58,189 nucleotides of DNA from Candidatus Edwardsbacteria bacterium (GCA_025453955.1 JALOPJ010000012.1:1-58189), one strand, 5' to 3'. Shown: positions 23,679 through 34,872, numbered from the stretch's first letter. Translations and numbers: made by a program. The notes: generated by a model from the letters alone, not told the origin.

Positions 23679-24345
23679 TCACATGCCGCCGAACTTGAAC
23701 ATGCCGCCCAGGGCGGCGGCGACCAGCGCCCACAGGCCCCAGGCACCGTAGGTGGCCGCGTAGGATCTCCTGCGGTCCAGCCCGGTGAACACCGAGTAGC
23801 CCGTGGCCATCACGAACAGCATCCACAGGGTGAAGACGTCGACCTGCGCCAGCAGCCGGTAGATGAAACTCTCCTCCATCTCGGGCGGCAGTATCAGCGC
23901 CAGCGAGGTCTGCACCTTGATGGTCTCCTGGGCCAGGATCAGCGGCACCCGCACCAGCGACGACGGGAGGTTGACCATCATCGCCCAGGCGGTGGCCGTG
24001 AACATCGAAGCTGGCCCGGCCGCCCATCATGGAAAACAGCCCCCAGAAGACCAGGCCGATCAGCAGCGCCACCACCGGCGTGAAGACCACCACGTTGAGC
24101 GCCCCCAGCGGGCTGCCCACCCGGGATTGTATCATCTCGAGCTGTTCGGCGGGGATGTCGGGGTTCTGCGCGATCTTGGCCATGATCTCGGGGATCATCA
24201 CCGGCCGGATGACGAAGTACGCGGCGACCCCGACCAGCACCGCGATCAGCAGCGGCGCCAGCCACCGCCGCTTGATGTCGGGCTTGAGGTCCTCGAACAC
24301 CTTGGCCGGCTGGTAGAAGATCCCGATCAGGTTCCCCCACTTCAT
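23679..24345 (-). pseudogene. Yip1-domain membrane protein interrupted by a 1-nt frameshift
   Basis: The N-terminal half is in the frame of ORF 23611..24345 up to ...FSMMGGRASF. The C-terminal half is in the frame of ORF 23679..24005 (MFTATAWAMMVNLPSSL...). Past about 24010 the first frame turns into Gly/Arg/Pro-rich nonsense. Confidence 0.7.
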
Positions 24346-24385
24346 GGGACGTCCTCCTTGCGATGGTTCGTGCGGTCCGCCATGA

Positions 24386-25375
24386 TCACAGCAGCTGCTC
24401 CGCGATCTGCACGGCGTTGGTGGCCGCGCCCTTGCGCAGGTTGTCCGCGACGACCCACAGGGCGAAGGCGTCGGGCGTCGAGGGGTCCGGCCGCAGCCGG
24501 CTGACGAAGACGTCGTCTTTGCCCGCTATCTCCAGCGGTGTGTGGTAGGAATCATTGGAATACGCGACGCCCGAGGCCCGCCGCAGCAGCTTCTCGATCC
24601 CCCGCACCGTGGCCGGCCGTTGGGTTTCAAAATACACCGATTCCGAATGGCCGGCGGCCACCGGCACCCGCACGGTGGTGGCGTTGACCGCGATGGACTC
24701 GTCGTGAAAGATCTTGCGGGTCTCGCGCACCATCTTCCACTCCTCGCCGCTGTAGCCCAGCTCCGAGAACCCACCGATCTGGGGGATGACGTTGCCGGCG
24801 ATCCGCCGCCCGAACGGGGATTGTTGCGTCGTGCGCTTTGCATTTTGCATTTCGGCGCGAAGCGCCTCCACGCCGCCCCGCCCGGCTCCGGACACCGACT
24901 GGTAGGTGGCAACGACTATCCGCTTGAGGCCGAAGACCCGGTGGATCGGCGCCAGGGCGACGACCATCTGAATGGTGGAGCAGTTGGGGTTGGCGATGAT
25001 GCCGCGATGGCGGAGGACGTCGCAGGGGTTGACCTCGGGCACCACCAGCGGCACCGCCGGGTCCATCCGGAAGTCGGCGCCGTTGTCGATCACCACCGCG
25101 CCGGCCGCCGCCGCCGCGGGGGCGAAGCGCACGCTGGCGCCCTGCTCGCCCTCGGTGCCGGCGAAGAACACGATGTCGCAGCCGGCGAAATCGGGGCGCG
25201 CCAGGTCCGCCACCGTGTAAGGCCTGCCGGCGAACCGGATCGTCCGGCCCCGCGACCGGGCGGACGCCCACAGCCGCAGGCCGGCCACCGGGAACCGTCG
25301 CTGCCGCAGCACCGCCAGCAGGGCCTGCCCCACCAGGCCGGTGGCCCCCACCAGCCCGACGGTCTTTCCCGTCAT
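24386..25375 (-). CDS. asd: Aspartate-semialdehyde dehydrogenase
   Basis: VGLVGATGLVGQ NAD-binding motif, active-site IANPNCSTIQMV and QSVSGAG. Trimmed to the ATG at 25375. Confidence 0.95.
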   Translation of the reverse strand: MTGKTVGLVGATGLVGQALLAVLRQRRFPVAGLRLWASARSRGRTIRFAGRPYTVADLARPDFAGCDIVFFAGTEGEQGASVRFAPAAAAAGAVVIDNGADFRMDPAVPLVVPEVNPCDVLRHRGIIANPNCSTIQMVVALAPIHRVFGLKRIVVATYQSVSGAGRGGVEALRAEMQNAKRTTQQSPFGRRIAGNVIPQIGGFSELGYSGEEWKMVRETRKIFHDESIAVNATTVRVPVAAGHSESVYFETQRPATVRGIEKLLRRASGVAYSNDSYHTPLEIAGKDDVFVSRLRPDPSTPDAFALWVVADNLRKGAATNAVQIAEQLL

Positions 25376-25388
25376 CGGGCGTGCCTGC

Positions 25389-25625
25389 CTATTCATGCGC
25401 GGCTGTGATCTGCTCCGCGATGGCCAGGATGGCGCACCTGCCGTCGGTGGACGCCGCCGCCTTGGCCTTGAGGTGCCGCTCGGCGGGCGTGGTGATCACG
25501 GCCGAGAACCGCTCGGGCACGACCTCCTCGCCGCCCAGGGTGTCGGGCTTGACCCAGAAGCTGCAATGCTCCCTGAGGCACTCCGCTTCCTCGGGCTTGC
25601 GGATGAACAGGATGGGACAGATCAT
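25389..25625 (-). CDS. Small Cys-containing protein, 78 aa (hypothetical)
   Basis: ATG at 25625 with GAGG 5-6 nt upstream. Reads MICPILFIRKPEEAECLREHCSFW... It contains four Cys and I recognise no family. Confidence 0.5.
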   Translation of the reverse strand: MICPILFIRKPEEAECLREHCSFWVKPDTLGGEEVVPERFSAVITTPAERHLKAKAAASTDGRCAILAIAEQITAAHE

Positions 25626-25663
25626 TTTAACCTCGTCGGTGTAGTGCGACAACGGATATCTGA

Positions 25664-26866
<1,203 letters not shown>

Positions 26867-26883
26867 TATGCCGTCACCATGAT

Positions 26884-26954
26884 ATGCAGGATGAAATCCT
26901 TAAATGACAATGACGTTCCAGGCACCAAGGCGTGCTTTCATTTTCATTCTGCAT
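26884..26954. repeat. AT-rich type A inverted repeat (arms ATGCAGGATGAAAT / TTTTCATTCTGCAT)
   Basis: The arms at 26884..26897 and 26941..26954 are complementary at 12 of 14 positions. The element fills the dapL-lysC gap. Confidence 0.65.
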
Positions 26955-26956
26955 CG

Positions 26957-28111
26957 TCACAGCACCTTCCCGATCCTGTCCACCGCCTCCTCCATCCGCT
27001 CCCGCGGGATGGTCAGCGCGATGCGCACGTACCCCTCCCCGTGGACGCCGAAGCCGACTCCGGGCACCACCATCACCCGGGCCTTGTCCAGCAGCAGGTC
27101 GGTGAAGGACATGGAATCGTATTGCTGCGGGACCTTGAGCCAGAGGTAGAACGTGGCCTGGGGCAGCTCGAACTCGAAGCCGAGCTTTCGTAAGCCCGCG
27201 GCCAGCACGTCGCGGCGCTCCTGGTAGACGCGGCAGTTCTCGGCCACGCAGTCCTGCGGCCCGTCCAGGGCGGCCATCGCCGCATGCTGCACCGCGCCGA
27301 ACACGCCGGAGTCGGTGTTGGTCTTCACTTTGAGCAGCGCCGCCAGCACGTCGCGGTTGCCGACCGCCATCGCCACCCGCCAGCCCGTCATGTTGTAGGT
27401 CTTGGACAGCGAATGGAACTCCACCGCCACGTCCTTGGCGCCGGCGACCTCCAGGATGCTGGGCGGCCGGAACCCGTCGTAGGCGATCTCGGAGTAGATG
27501 CCGTCGTTGAGCACGATAATACCGTGTTCGGCCGCCCAGGCGACCAGCCGCCGGTAGAAACCGAGGTCCGCCACCGCCGCCGTGGGATTGTTGGGGTAGC
27601 ACAGGAAGATGGCCTTGATGCCCTTGGTGGGCAGCGCGTCGATGTCGGGCAGGAATCCGTTCCGGGCGAGCAGCGGGAAGGGCACCGGCTCGGCGCCGGC
27701 GAACATGGTCTGGGCCGCGTACACCGGGTAGGCCGGGTCCGGGCACAGCACCTTGTCGCCGGGGTCGAACAGCGCCCAGGGCATGTGGGCCAGGCCGTCC
27801 TTGGCCCCCATCAGGCAGACCGCTTCGCCGTCCGGGTCCAACGCCACGCCGAAACGGCGCCGGTACCAGGCGGTCACCGACCGCCGGAACGCCGGCAGGC
27901 CCTCGTACGACGGGTAGCGGTGATGCTCGGCGTTCCCGGCCTGCGCCCGCAGCGCGTCGACGATGTGCGGCGGCGTCGGCCGGTCGGGATCGCCCACGCC
28001 CAGGTCGATGACGTCGGCGCCGGCGGCCGCCAGCGCCGATTTCCTGGCGTTGAGGCCGGCGAACAGGTAGGGCGGCAGCTTGGCCAGCCGCGCGGCCGGG
28101 GCGATCGTCAT
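26957..28111 (-). CDS. dapL: LL-diaminopimelate aminotransferase-type class I aminotransferase
   Basis: Opens with LAKLPPYLFAGLNARKSALAAAGADVIDLGVGDPD and has the PLP-lysine region SLSKTYNMTGWR. Genomic context is the DAP genes. Confidence 0.8.
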   Translation of the reverse strand: MTIAPAARLAKLPPYLFAGLNARKSALAAAGADVIDLGVGDPDRPTPPHIVDALRAQAGNAEHHRYPSYEGLPAFRRSVTAWYRRRFGVALDPDGEAVCLMGAKDGLAHMPWALFDPGDKVLCPDPAYPVYAAQTMFAGAEPVPFPLLARNGFLPDIDALPTKGIKAIFLCYPNNPTAAVADLGFYRRLVAWAAEHGIIVLNDGIYSEIAYDGFRPPSILEVAGAKDVAVEFHSLSKTYNMTGWRVAMAVGNRDVLAALLKVKTNTDSGVFGAVQHAAMAALDGPQDCVAENCRVYQERRDVLAAGLRKLGFEFELPQATFYLWLKVPQQYDSMSFTDLLLDKARVMVVPGVGFGVHGEGYVRIALTIPRERMEEAVDRIGKVL

Positions 28112-28893
28112 CGCCGCGCGGCCGGGGCGATCTTCTCCCTGGCCTTGGCCGTCTTCATCTGATCGCGGTCGCCGCTGGCCAGGTATTCCTCCAGCAGGGC
28201 AATGCCCTCGGCGGTCTCCGCCCGGGTGCGGCCGGGCTTCTCCAGCAGCCGGGTGCCCAGCAGGTAGGATACCGACGCCGGCTCGGCGCTGAACCGCCGC
28301 GCCTGCCGCAGGCTGGCGATCGACTCGCCGGACTGCTCGGGCTTGGTGAGCAGGTAGCCGACGTTGAACCAGTACTCGGCGCGGGTGGAGTCGCAGGCGA
28401 TGGCCCGCCGGTAGTAGGACAAGGCCGAGTCCTTCTGCGCCGTCAACAGGTAGGCGTAGCCCAGGTTGGCGTAGAACGGCTCCGGCGGCAGGCCCTGCCC
28501 CAGGCCCCGCTGCAGGACCTCCACCGCGCCGGCCAGCGAATCCTTGCGCAGGTAGGACTGGGCCAGCCCGACGTAGGCCTCGATGTAGTGCTGGTCAAGC
28601 GCGATCGCCCGGCTGAAATGCTCGACGGCCTTGTCCCGGGTCTTTGGCGTGGAGTAGCATATCCCCAGGTTGTAGTGGGCCGGGGCGTACCGCTTGTCGA
28701 GCCGCAGCGCCACCTTGTATTCCTTGATCGCGGTCGCGGTGTCGCCCCGCAGGAAGGCCTGGCCCCCGGCCGTCAGGTGCTGCTCCGGCGTCCCGGTGGC
28801 GCAGCCCGTCAGAAATGCAACATTCAAAATGCAGAATGAAATGATCAAATATTGAGCTGTCAGCATACTCGGCGATCGACCGCGGATTGGCAT
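28108..28893 (-). CDS. TPR-repeat lipoprotein
   Basis: Signal peptide and lipobox MPIRGRSPSMLTAQYLIISFCILNVAFLTGC, followed by TPR units (AIKEYKVALRLDKRYAPAHYNLGICY). The stop overlaps the dapL start (ATGA). The start is 28893 or 28866. Confidence 0.75.
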   Translation of the reverse strand: MPIRGRSPSMLTAQYLIISFCILNVAFLTGCATGTPEQHLTAGGQAFLRGDTATAIKEYKVALRLDKRYAPAHYNLGICYSTPKTRDKAVEHFSRAIALDQHYIEAYVGLAQSYLRKDSLAGAVEVLQRGLGQGLPPEPFYANLGYAYLLTAQKDSALSYYRRAIACDSTRAEYWFNVGYLLTKPEQSGESIASLRQARRFSAEPASVSYLLGTRLLEKPGRTRAETAEGIALLEEYLASGDRDQMKTAKAREKIAPAARR

Positions 28894-28913
28894 CGTCCCG
28901 GTGTTAGCGTGAC

Positions 28914-28948
28914 CTTGCATCTTGCATCTTTCATTTTTCATTTTTCAA
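28914..28948. repeat. AT-rich heptad array (type A): CTTGCAT CTTGCAT CTTTCAT TTTTCAT TTTTCAA
   Basis: Five 7-nt units. The last units encode the dapB C-terminus (..KNEK) and its stop codon. Confidence 0.75.
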
Positions 28949-29713
28949 CCCCAGCACGTCCTGCATGTCGTACAGGCCGGGCGGCGCCGTCAGCACGAAC
29001 CTGGCCGCCAGCAGCGCGCCCTGGGCGAACACCGTCCGGCTGTGGGCGCGGTGGGTCAGCTCCAGCCGCTCGCCGGTGCCGGCGAAGGTGACCGTGTGCT
29101 CGCCCACGATGTCCCCGGCCCGCAGCGAGAACACGCCGATCTCCTTGGCCGACCGCGCGCCCTCCGCCTTCTGGCGGTCGTAGACCGGCGCGCCGCCCCG
29201 GATCATGATCAGCTCGTCCAGCAGTTTCTTGGCGGTGCCGCTGGGCGCGTCCTTCTTCCACTTGTGGTGGCTCTCGACGATCTCGGCCTCGAAGTCCGGC
29301 GGCAGGCGTTTGGCCGCCAGCTCCACCAGCCGGTACAGCAGGTTGACGCCCACCGACATGTTGGACGAGACCACCAGCGGGATCTCGCGGGCCAGGTCGG
29401 CGAACAGCTCGGTGTGCTCGGCCGCCAGCCCGGTGGTGCCGATCACCATCGGCTTCTTGATGATGGCGGCCTTCTTGGCGTTGGCCAGCGTGCTCTCCGG
29501 CGTGGTGAACTCGATGATCACCTGGCCCTGGTTCATGGCCATCAGCAGGTCGTCGACCACCGGCGGGGCGTCCTCGGTGCAGGTCTTGCCGACCACCGGG
29601 TGGCCGCGCCGCTCCACCAGGGCCGCGATCCTGAACTCCGGGTTCTCGCGGATGCACTCGATCAGCGCCTGGCCCATCCGGCCCGACGCGCCGCATAAGA
29701 TCAAGTTGATCAT
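28931..29713 (-). CDS. dapB: 4-hydroxy-tetrahydrodipicolinate reductase
   Basis: Opens with MINLILCGASGRMGQ and contains ESHHKWKKDAPSGTA. Trimmed to the ATG at 29713. Confidence 0.95.
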   Translation of the reverse strand: MINLILCGASGRMGQALIECIRENPEFRIAALVERRGHPVVGKTCTEDAPPVVDDLLMAMNQGQVIIEFTTPESTLANAKKAAIIKKPMVIGTTGLAAEHTELFADLAREIPLVVSSNMSVGVNLLYRLVELAAKRLPPDFEAEIVESHHKWKKDAPSGTAKKLLDELIMIRGGAPVYDRQKAEGARSAKEIGVFSLRAGDIVGEHTVTFAGTGERLELTHRAHSRTVFAQGALLAARFVLTAPPGLYDMQDVLGLKNEK

Positions 29714-29720
29714 ATTCTTA

Positions 29721-29749
29721 ATGATAACAAAAATTTTATGCATTTACAA
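29721..29749 (-). promoter_or_regulatory. Promoter-like TTGTAA-17-TATCAT ending 7 nt before the dapB ATG
   Basis: Minus strand: -35 at 29749..29744 and -10 at 29726..29721. No SD can fit between the -10 and the start codon. Confidence 0.4.
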
Positions 29750-29846
29750 CCATAAATGATAGACAATAGGGATAACTGTACTATTATGGCTTATCGTCAA
29801 CAACATCGTTCTCAGTTTACAACCTTTTGTTTGATCGAGCATACAC

Positions 29847-29874
29847 AGAGGGCGCTCCATACGGAGCGCCCTCT
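29847..29874 (-). terminator. 12-bp GC-rich hairpin downstream of guaB (possible terminator, no clear U-tract)
   Basis: AGAGGGCGCTCC-ATAC-GGAGCGCCCTCT. Confidence 0.45.
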
Positions 29875-29894
29875 TGCTGTTCCTGAATGCTTAC

Positions 29895-29919
29895 CTGGAT
29901 TCCAGCCTTCGCTGGAATG
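29895..29919. repeat. 25-nt palindromic element (copy 2, inverted relative to 2565..2589)
   Basis: CTGGATTCCAGCCTTCGCTGGAATG is the exact reverse complement of copy 1. Confidence 0.8.
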
Positions 29920-29939
29920 CCAAGACCCGTTGCGCCTAG

Positions 29940-31523
<1,584 letters not shown>

Positions 31524-32327
31524 TCAGTTCTCCGCCCACTCGCCGGTGAACAGCAGCCGGACGTCGCCCGCCAGCTCGACGTCTCGCACCTCGTCGCCGT
31601 CGCGGCGGAAGTGGACGGTCAGCACCTCGCCGCCGCGGGTGGCGCACTCCACCGGGCTGTCCGCCAGGCCCCGCAGGGCCGCGGTCACCGCGGCGGCCGT
31701 GGCGCCGGTGCCGCAGGCCAGGGTCTCGTCCTCCACCCCGCGCTCGTAGGTGCGGATGTTAAGATGGTGGCGGCCGGCGACCTCGATGAAGTTGGCGTTG
31801 GTCCCGTCCGGCTGGAACATCCGGTGCTCCCGGATCCGCCGCCCGGTGCCGGCCACGTCGAACGAGTCCAGCTCCGCCACCGGGACCACCACGTGGGGCA
31901 CGCCGGTGTCGGCGAAGGAGGCGGCGTAGCCCTTGTGGTCGAGGTCCAGCAGGAAGTTCAGCCTGATGTCCCGCGGGTCGCGCATCGACAGCCTGACGCG
32001 CGAGCCTGCGACCTCGGCTGCGTGCGGCCCGTCGCCCGCGACGAACGACATCCGCGGCCCGGCCGCGCCGATGGCGTGGGCGAACCAGGCGACGCAGCGG
32101 CCGCCGTTGCCGCAGAACGCCACCTCGCCGCCGTCGGCGTTGAGGTAGCGCATCCGGAAGTCGGCCCCCGCCGCCCGCTCGATCACCAGCACGCCGTCGG
32201 CGCCCACGCCGTTGCGGCGGTGGCACAGCGCCGGCACCAATGCCGACAGATCGGCGTTCAGCGTGCCATCACGGTTGTCCAGCAGCACGAAGTCGTTGCC
32301 CGTGCCGGACATCTTGTAGAACTGCAT
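31524..32327 (-). CDS. dapF: Diaminopimelate epimerase
   Basis: Opens with MQFYKMSGTGNDFVLLD and carries both catalytic Cys regions (FCGNGGRC and LACGTGATA). Confidence 0.93.
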   Translation of the reverse strand: MQFYKMSGTGNDFVLLDNRDGTLNADLSALVPALCHRRNGVGADGVLVIERAAGADFRMRYLNADGGEVAFCGNGGRCVAWFAHAIGAAGPRMSFVAGDGPHAAEVAGSRVRLSMRDPRDIRLNFLLDLDHKGYAASFADTGVPHVVVPVAELDSFDVAGTGRRIREHRMFQPDGTNANFIEVAGRHHLNIRTYERGVEDETLACGTGATAAAVTAALRGLADSPVECATRGGEVLTVHFRRDGDEVRDVELAGDVRLLFTGEWAEN

Positions 32328-32342
32328 CCCTTTCCCCTTGGT

Positions 32343-32391
32343 GAACACCGAAGACAGAAGACCGAATTCCGAATTCTGTATTCAGTATTCA
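32343..32391. repeat. Seven-unit heptad array (type B): GAACACC GAAGACA GAAGACC GAATTCC GAATTCT GTATTCA GTATTCA
   Basis: Exact 7-nt register over 49 nt, directly upstream of the dapF ribosome-binding region. Confidence 0.8.
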
Positions 32392-32399
32392 GGCGAGGG

Positions 32400-32609
32400 T
32401 TATTTCACCTTCAATACGTCCACCATCTGGTCCATCTTGGCCAGCAGCTCGGCCTGGAACTCCTTGCGCCCCTGCCGCTCGGCCAGCCGGCCCTGGAAAT
32501 ACTGCGCGCCCCTGACGAAGAACCAGATGCCGCAGGCCATCGCAGCGATGCTCAACAGGGCCAGCAGGCCGTAGAGCACCCCGAACAGTGGTCCGAATCC
32601 GCCCATCAT
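32400..32609 (-). CDS. Small single-pass membrane protein, 69 aa (hypothetical)
   Basis: ATG at 32609 with GAAGGAG and an 8-nt spacer. Reads MMGGFGPLFGVLYGLLALLSIAAMACGIWFF followed by a charged helix. In the track it is hidden in the tail of ORF 32400..33686. Confidence 0.55.
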   Translation of the reverse strand: MMGGFGPLFGVLYGLLALLSIAAMACGIWFFVRGAQYFQGRLAERQGRKEFQAELLAKMDQMVDVLKVK

Positions 32610-32671
32610 CGCGATCGCTCCTTCAATGTTATGAATGCCACCCCGCGGTCGCGGAGTGGCATCGGGTGGTG

Positions 32672-33686
32672 CTATTTCTTCTTCTTGAGGTACTTGGCCT
32701 TGTTCTTCTGCCAGTGCTTGTAGAGGGTCACCATGATCGCCTTCTGGATGTGCAGCCGGTTCTCGGCCTCGTCCAGCACCTGCGACTGGGGCCCGTCCAG
32801 CACCTCGTCGGTGACCTCGTCGCCGCGGTGGGCCGGCAGGCAGTGCAGGAAGATCGCGTCCCTCCTGGCCAGCGCCATCAGCTGCTGGTTCACCTGGTAG
32901 GGCGCGAAGATCCGGGCCCGCAGCTCCCGCTCGCTCTCCTGCCCCATCGAGGCCCAGACGTCGGTGTAGATGACGTCGGCGCCCTTGACGGCCTCGCGCG
33001 GGTCGCGCACGATGGCCAGCTTGCACTTGCTCCTGGCGGCCAGGGCCTGGGCCCGCGACCAGACCCCCTTGTCCGGGTCGTAGCCCTGGGGGCAGGCCAC
33101 GGTCATGTGCATGCCCTGGGTGGCCGCGGCCAGCAGCAGCGAGTTGGCCACGTTGTTGCCGTCGCCCACGTAGACCAGCTTCAGGCCCTTCAGCTTCCGC
33201 TTGTGCTCCAGGATGGTCAGGAAATCGGCCAGGATCTGGCAGGGGTGCTCCAGGTCGGAGAGGGCGTTGATCACCGGCACGGTGGCGTGCTCGGCCAGGT
33301 CGGTGACGCTCTTGTGGGCGAAGGTGCGGGCCATGATCAGGTCCACCCAGCGGCAGAGGTTGCGGGCGATGTCGGGCGTGGACTCGCGCTTGCCCAGCAG
33401 CGTCTCCATGAAGATGCCGTGGCCGCCCAGCTGGGTCATCCCGGTCTCGAAGGTGACGCGGGTGCGCAGGGACGGCTTCTCGAAGATCATCATCAGCGTG
33501 CGGTCCGCCAGCAGCTTGGGGCTTGCGCAGGGACGGCTTCTCGAAGATCATCATCAGCGTGCGGTCCGCCAGCAGCTTGGGGCTCTTGCCCGCCTTGGTC
33601 GGTTTCTTGATGCGGATCGCCAGCCGGAACAGGTCGTCCATTTCCTTCTTGGTCAGGTCGGCGACCGAGAGCAGGTCCTTGGTCAT
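32672..33686 (-). pseudogene. argF: Ornithine carbamoyltransferase interrupted by a 61-bp tandem duplication
   Basis: The N-terminus is MTKDLLSVADLTKKEMDDLF...MMIFEKPSLR, after which the frame is lost. The remainder, (MMIFEKPSLR)TRVTFETGMTQLGG...HCLPAHRGDEV, is in another frame (ORF 32672..33493). Removing one repeat copy restores a 317-aa ORF. Confidence 0.9.
33463..33584. repeat. Perfect 61-bp tandem duplication (2 copies)
   Basis: 33463..33523 is identical to 33524..33584. The flanking bases do not extend the repeat. Confidence 0.95.
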
Positions 33687-33804
33687 GTACTCCTCCTTGA
33701 CGTGGCGGATGGTAGTGTTCGAGGGCCCGGAAATTGAAAAAAAGCCCGCGTGACGGCGGTCCGGTCAGCGAGCAGCAGCGCACGGGGCAACGGAAAAGTA
33801 GGGT

Positions 33805-33833
33805 ATTATACACCAATTCGCAGGCAAAGTCAA
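33805..33833 (-). promoter_or_regulatory. Consensus-like promoter TTGACT-17-TATAAT upstream of argF
   Basis: Minus strand: -35 at 33833..33828 and -10 at 33810..33805. The leader of about 110 nt contains a hairpin plus a T7 run (plus-strand A-run near 33741..33747). Confidence 0.5.
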
Positions 33834-33870
33834 TCGGAAAAAGTCGTCGGCGCGGGGCGGCAGAGGGCGC

Positions 33871-34755
33871 TCACTCGCCGTCCTCCTCGTCCCCGGGGCC
33901 GCCGCCGGCCCGGGGGTGGGCCTGCTTGTAGACCTGCTTCAGCCGGTCGACGGTGACGTGGGTGTAGATCTGGGTGGTGGACAGGCTGGCGTGTCCCAGC
34001 AGCTCCTTCACCGCCTTGAGGTCGGCGCCGCGGTCCAGCAGGTGGGTGGCGAAGCTGTGGCGCAGCACGTGCGGGCTGGCCTTGCCCCGGTGCCCGGCCG
34101 CCCGGATCGCCCGCTTGACGATCCGCTGCAGCTGGCGCCGCGCCAGCGGCCGTCCGTCCGATCCCAGGAACACCGGGTCGCCGGGGTCCCGCAGCAGCCC
34201 CCGCAGCGCCGCCGCGGCCGGGCGGGTCAGCGGCACGATCCGCTGCTTGTCGCCCTTGCCGGTGACCCGCACGGTGCCGCCCGCCAGGTCGACGTCGCCG
34301 GCCCGCAGGCCCAGCAGCTCCGAGGACCGCAGCCCGCTGCCGTAGAGCAGCTCCAGCACGGCGGCGTCGCGGGCGGCGTGGGCCGGGACGGCCCGGGCGG
34401 CGTCCACCGCCTCGCCGGCCTGCCGCTGCGACAGGAACGACGGCAGCTTGGTGCCGGCGCGGGGCGACCGCAGCCCGGCCGCCGGGTTGGCGGCCGCCAG
34501 TCCCTCCCGCACCGCGTACTTGTAGAACGAACGCACGGCCGAGAGCTTGCGCGCCACCGAGCGCTGGTCCAGTCCCTTCCGGGCCAGGTGGCCCAGGAAC
34601 AGGCGGACGTCGGCGCGGGTCACCGCGGCCGGGTCGACATCCTTCAGGAATACGGCGAATTGCCCCAGGTCGCGGCCGTAAGCCTGGCAGGTGTTGGCCG
34701 AGAGGTTGCGCCGGCCCCGCAGGTAGGCGATGAAGGATTCGATGGTGCGGATCAT
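33871..34755 (-). CDS. Tyrosine recombinase, XerC/XerD type
   Basis: N-terminal SAM-like domain (FIAYLRGRRNLSANTCQAYGRDL). Catalytic signature RHSFATHLL...LLGHASLSTTQIYTHV. Trimmed to the ATG at 34755. Confidence 0.9.
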   Translation of the reverse strand: MIRTIESFIAYLRGRRNLSANTCQAYGRDLGQFAVFLKDVDPAAVTRADVRLFLGHLARKGLDQRSVARKLSAVRSFYKYAVREGLAAANPAAGLRSPRAGTKLPSFLSQRQAGEAVDAARAVPAHAARDAAVLELLYGSGLRSSELLGLRAGDVDLAGGTVRVTGKGDKQRIVPLTRPAAAALRGLLRDPGDPVFLGSDGRPLARRQLQRIVKRAIRAAGHRGKASPHVLRHSFATHLLDRGADLKAVKELLGHASLSTTQIYTHVTVDRLKQVYKQAHPRAGGGPGDEEDGE

Positions 34756-34872
34756 GGATACCTCGTCAGGGGACTTGATGCGGCAAGCCCGACGGAGCGA
34801 AACGGAAAGCCGCTCTGCGTCTGACAAAGCGGCTCACGGGATCCTGCCGGGCGTCGCACCCGGGTGCGCCGG

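Noticed and set aside
33871-34755. The tyrosine recombinase as the integrase of a mobile island, possibly connected with the neighbouring argF duplication.
   Set aside because: The protein has the size and motifs of housekeeping XerC/XerD. I found no flanking att-like direct repeats, no tRNA target, no phage or transfer genes and no compositional shift. I also looked for a dif-like site nearby and found none convincing.
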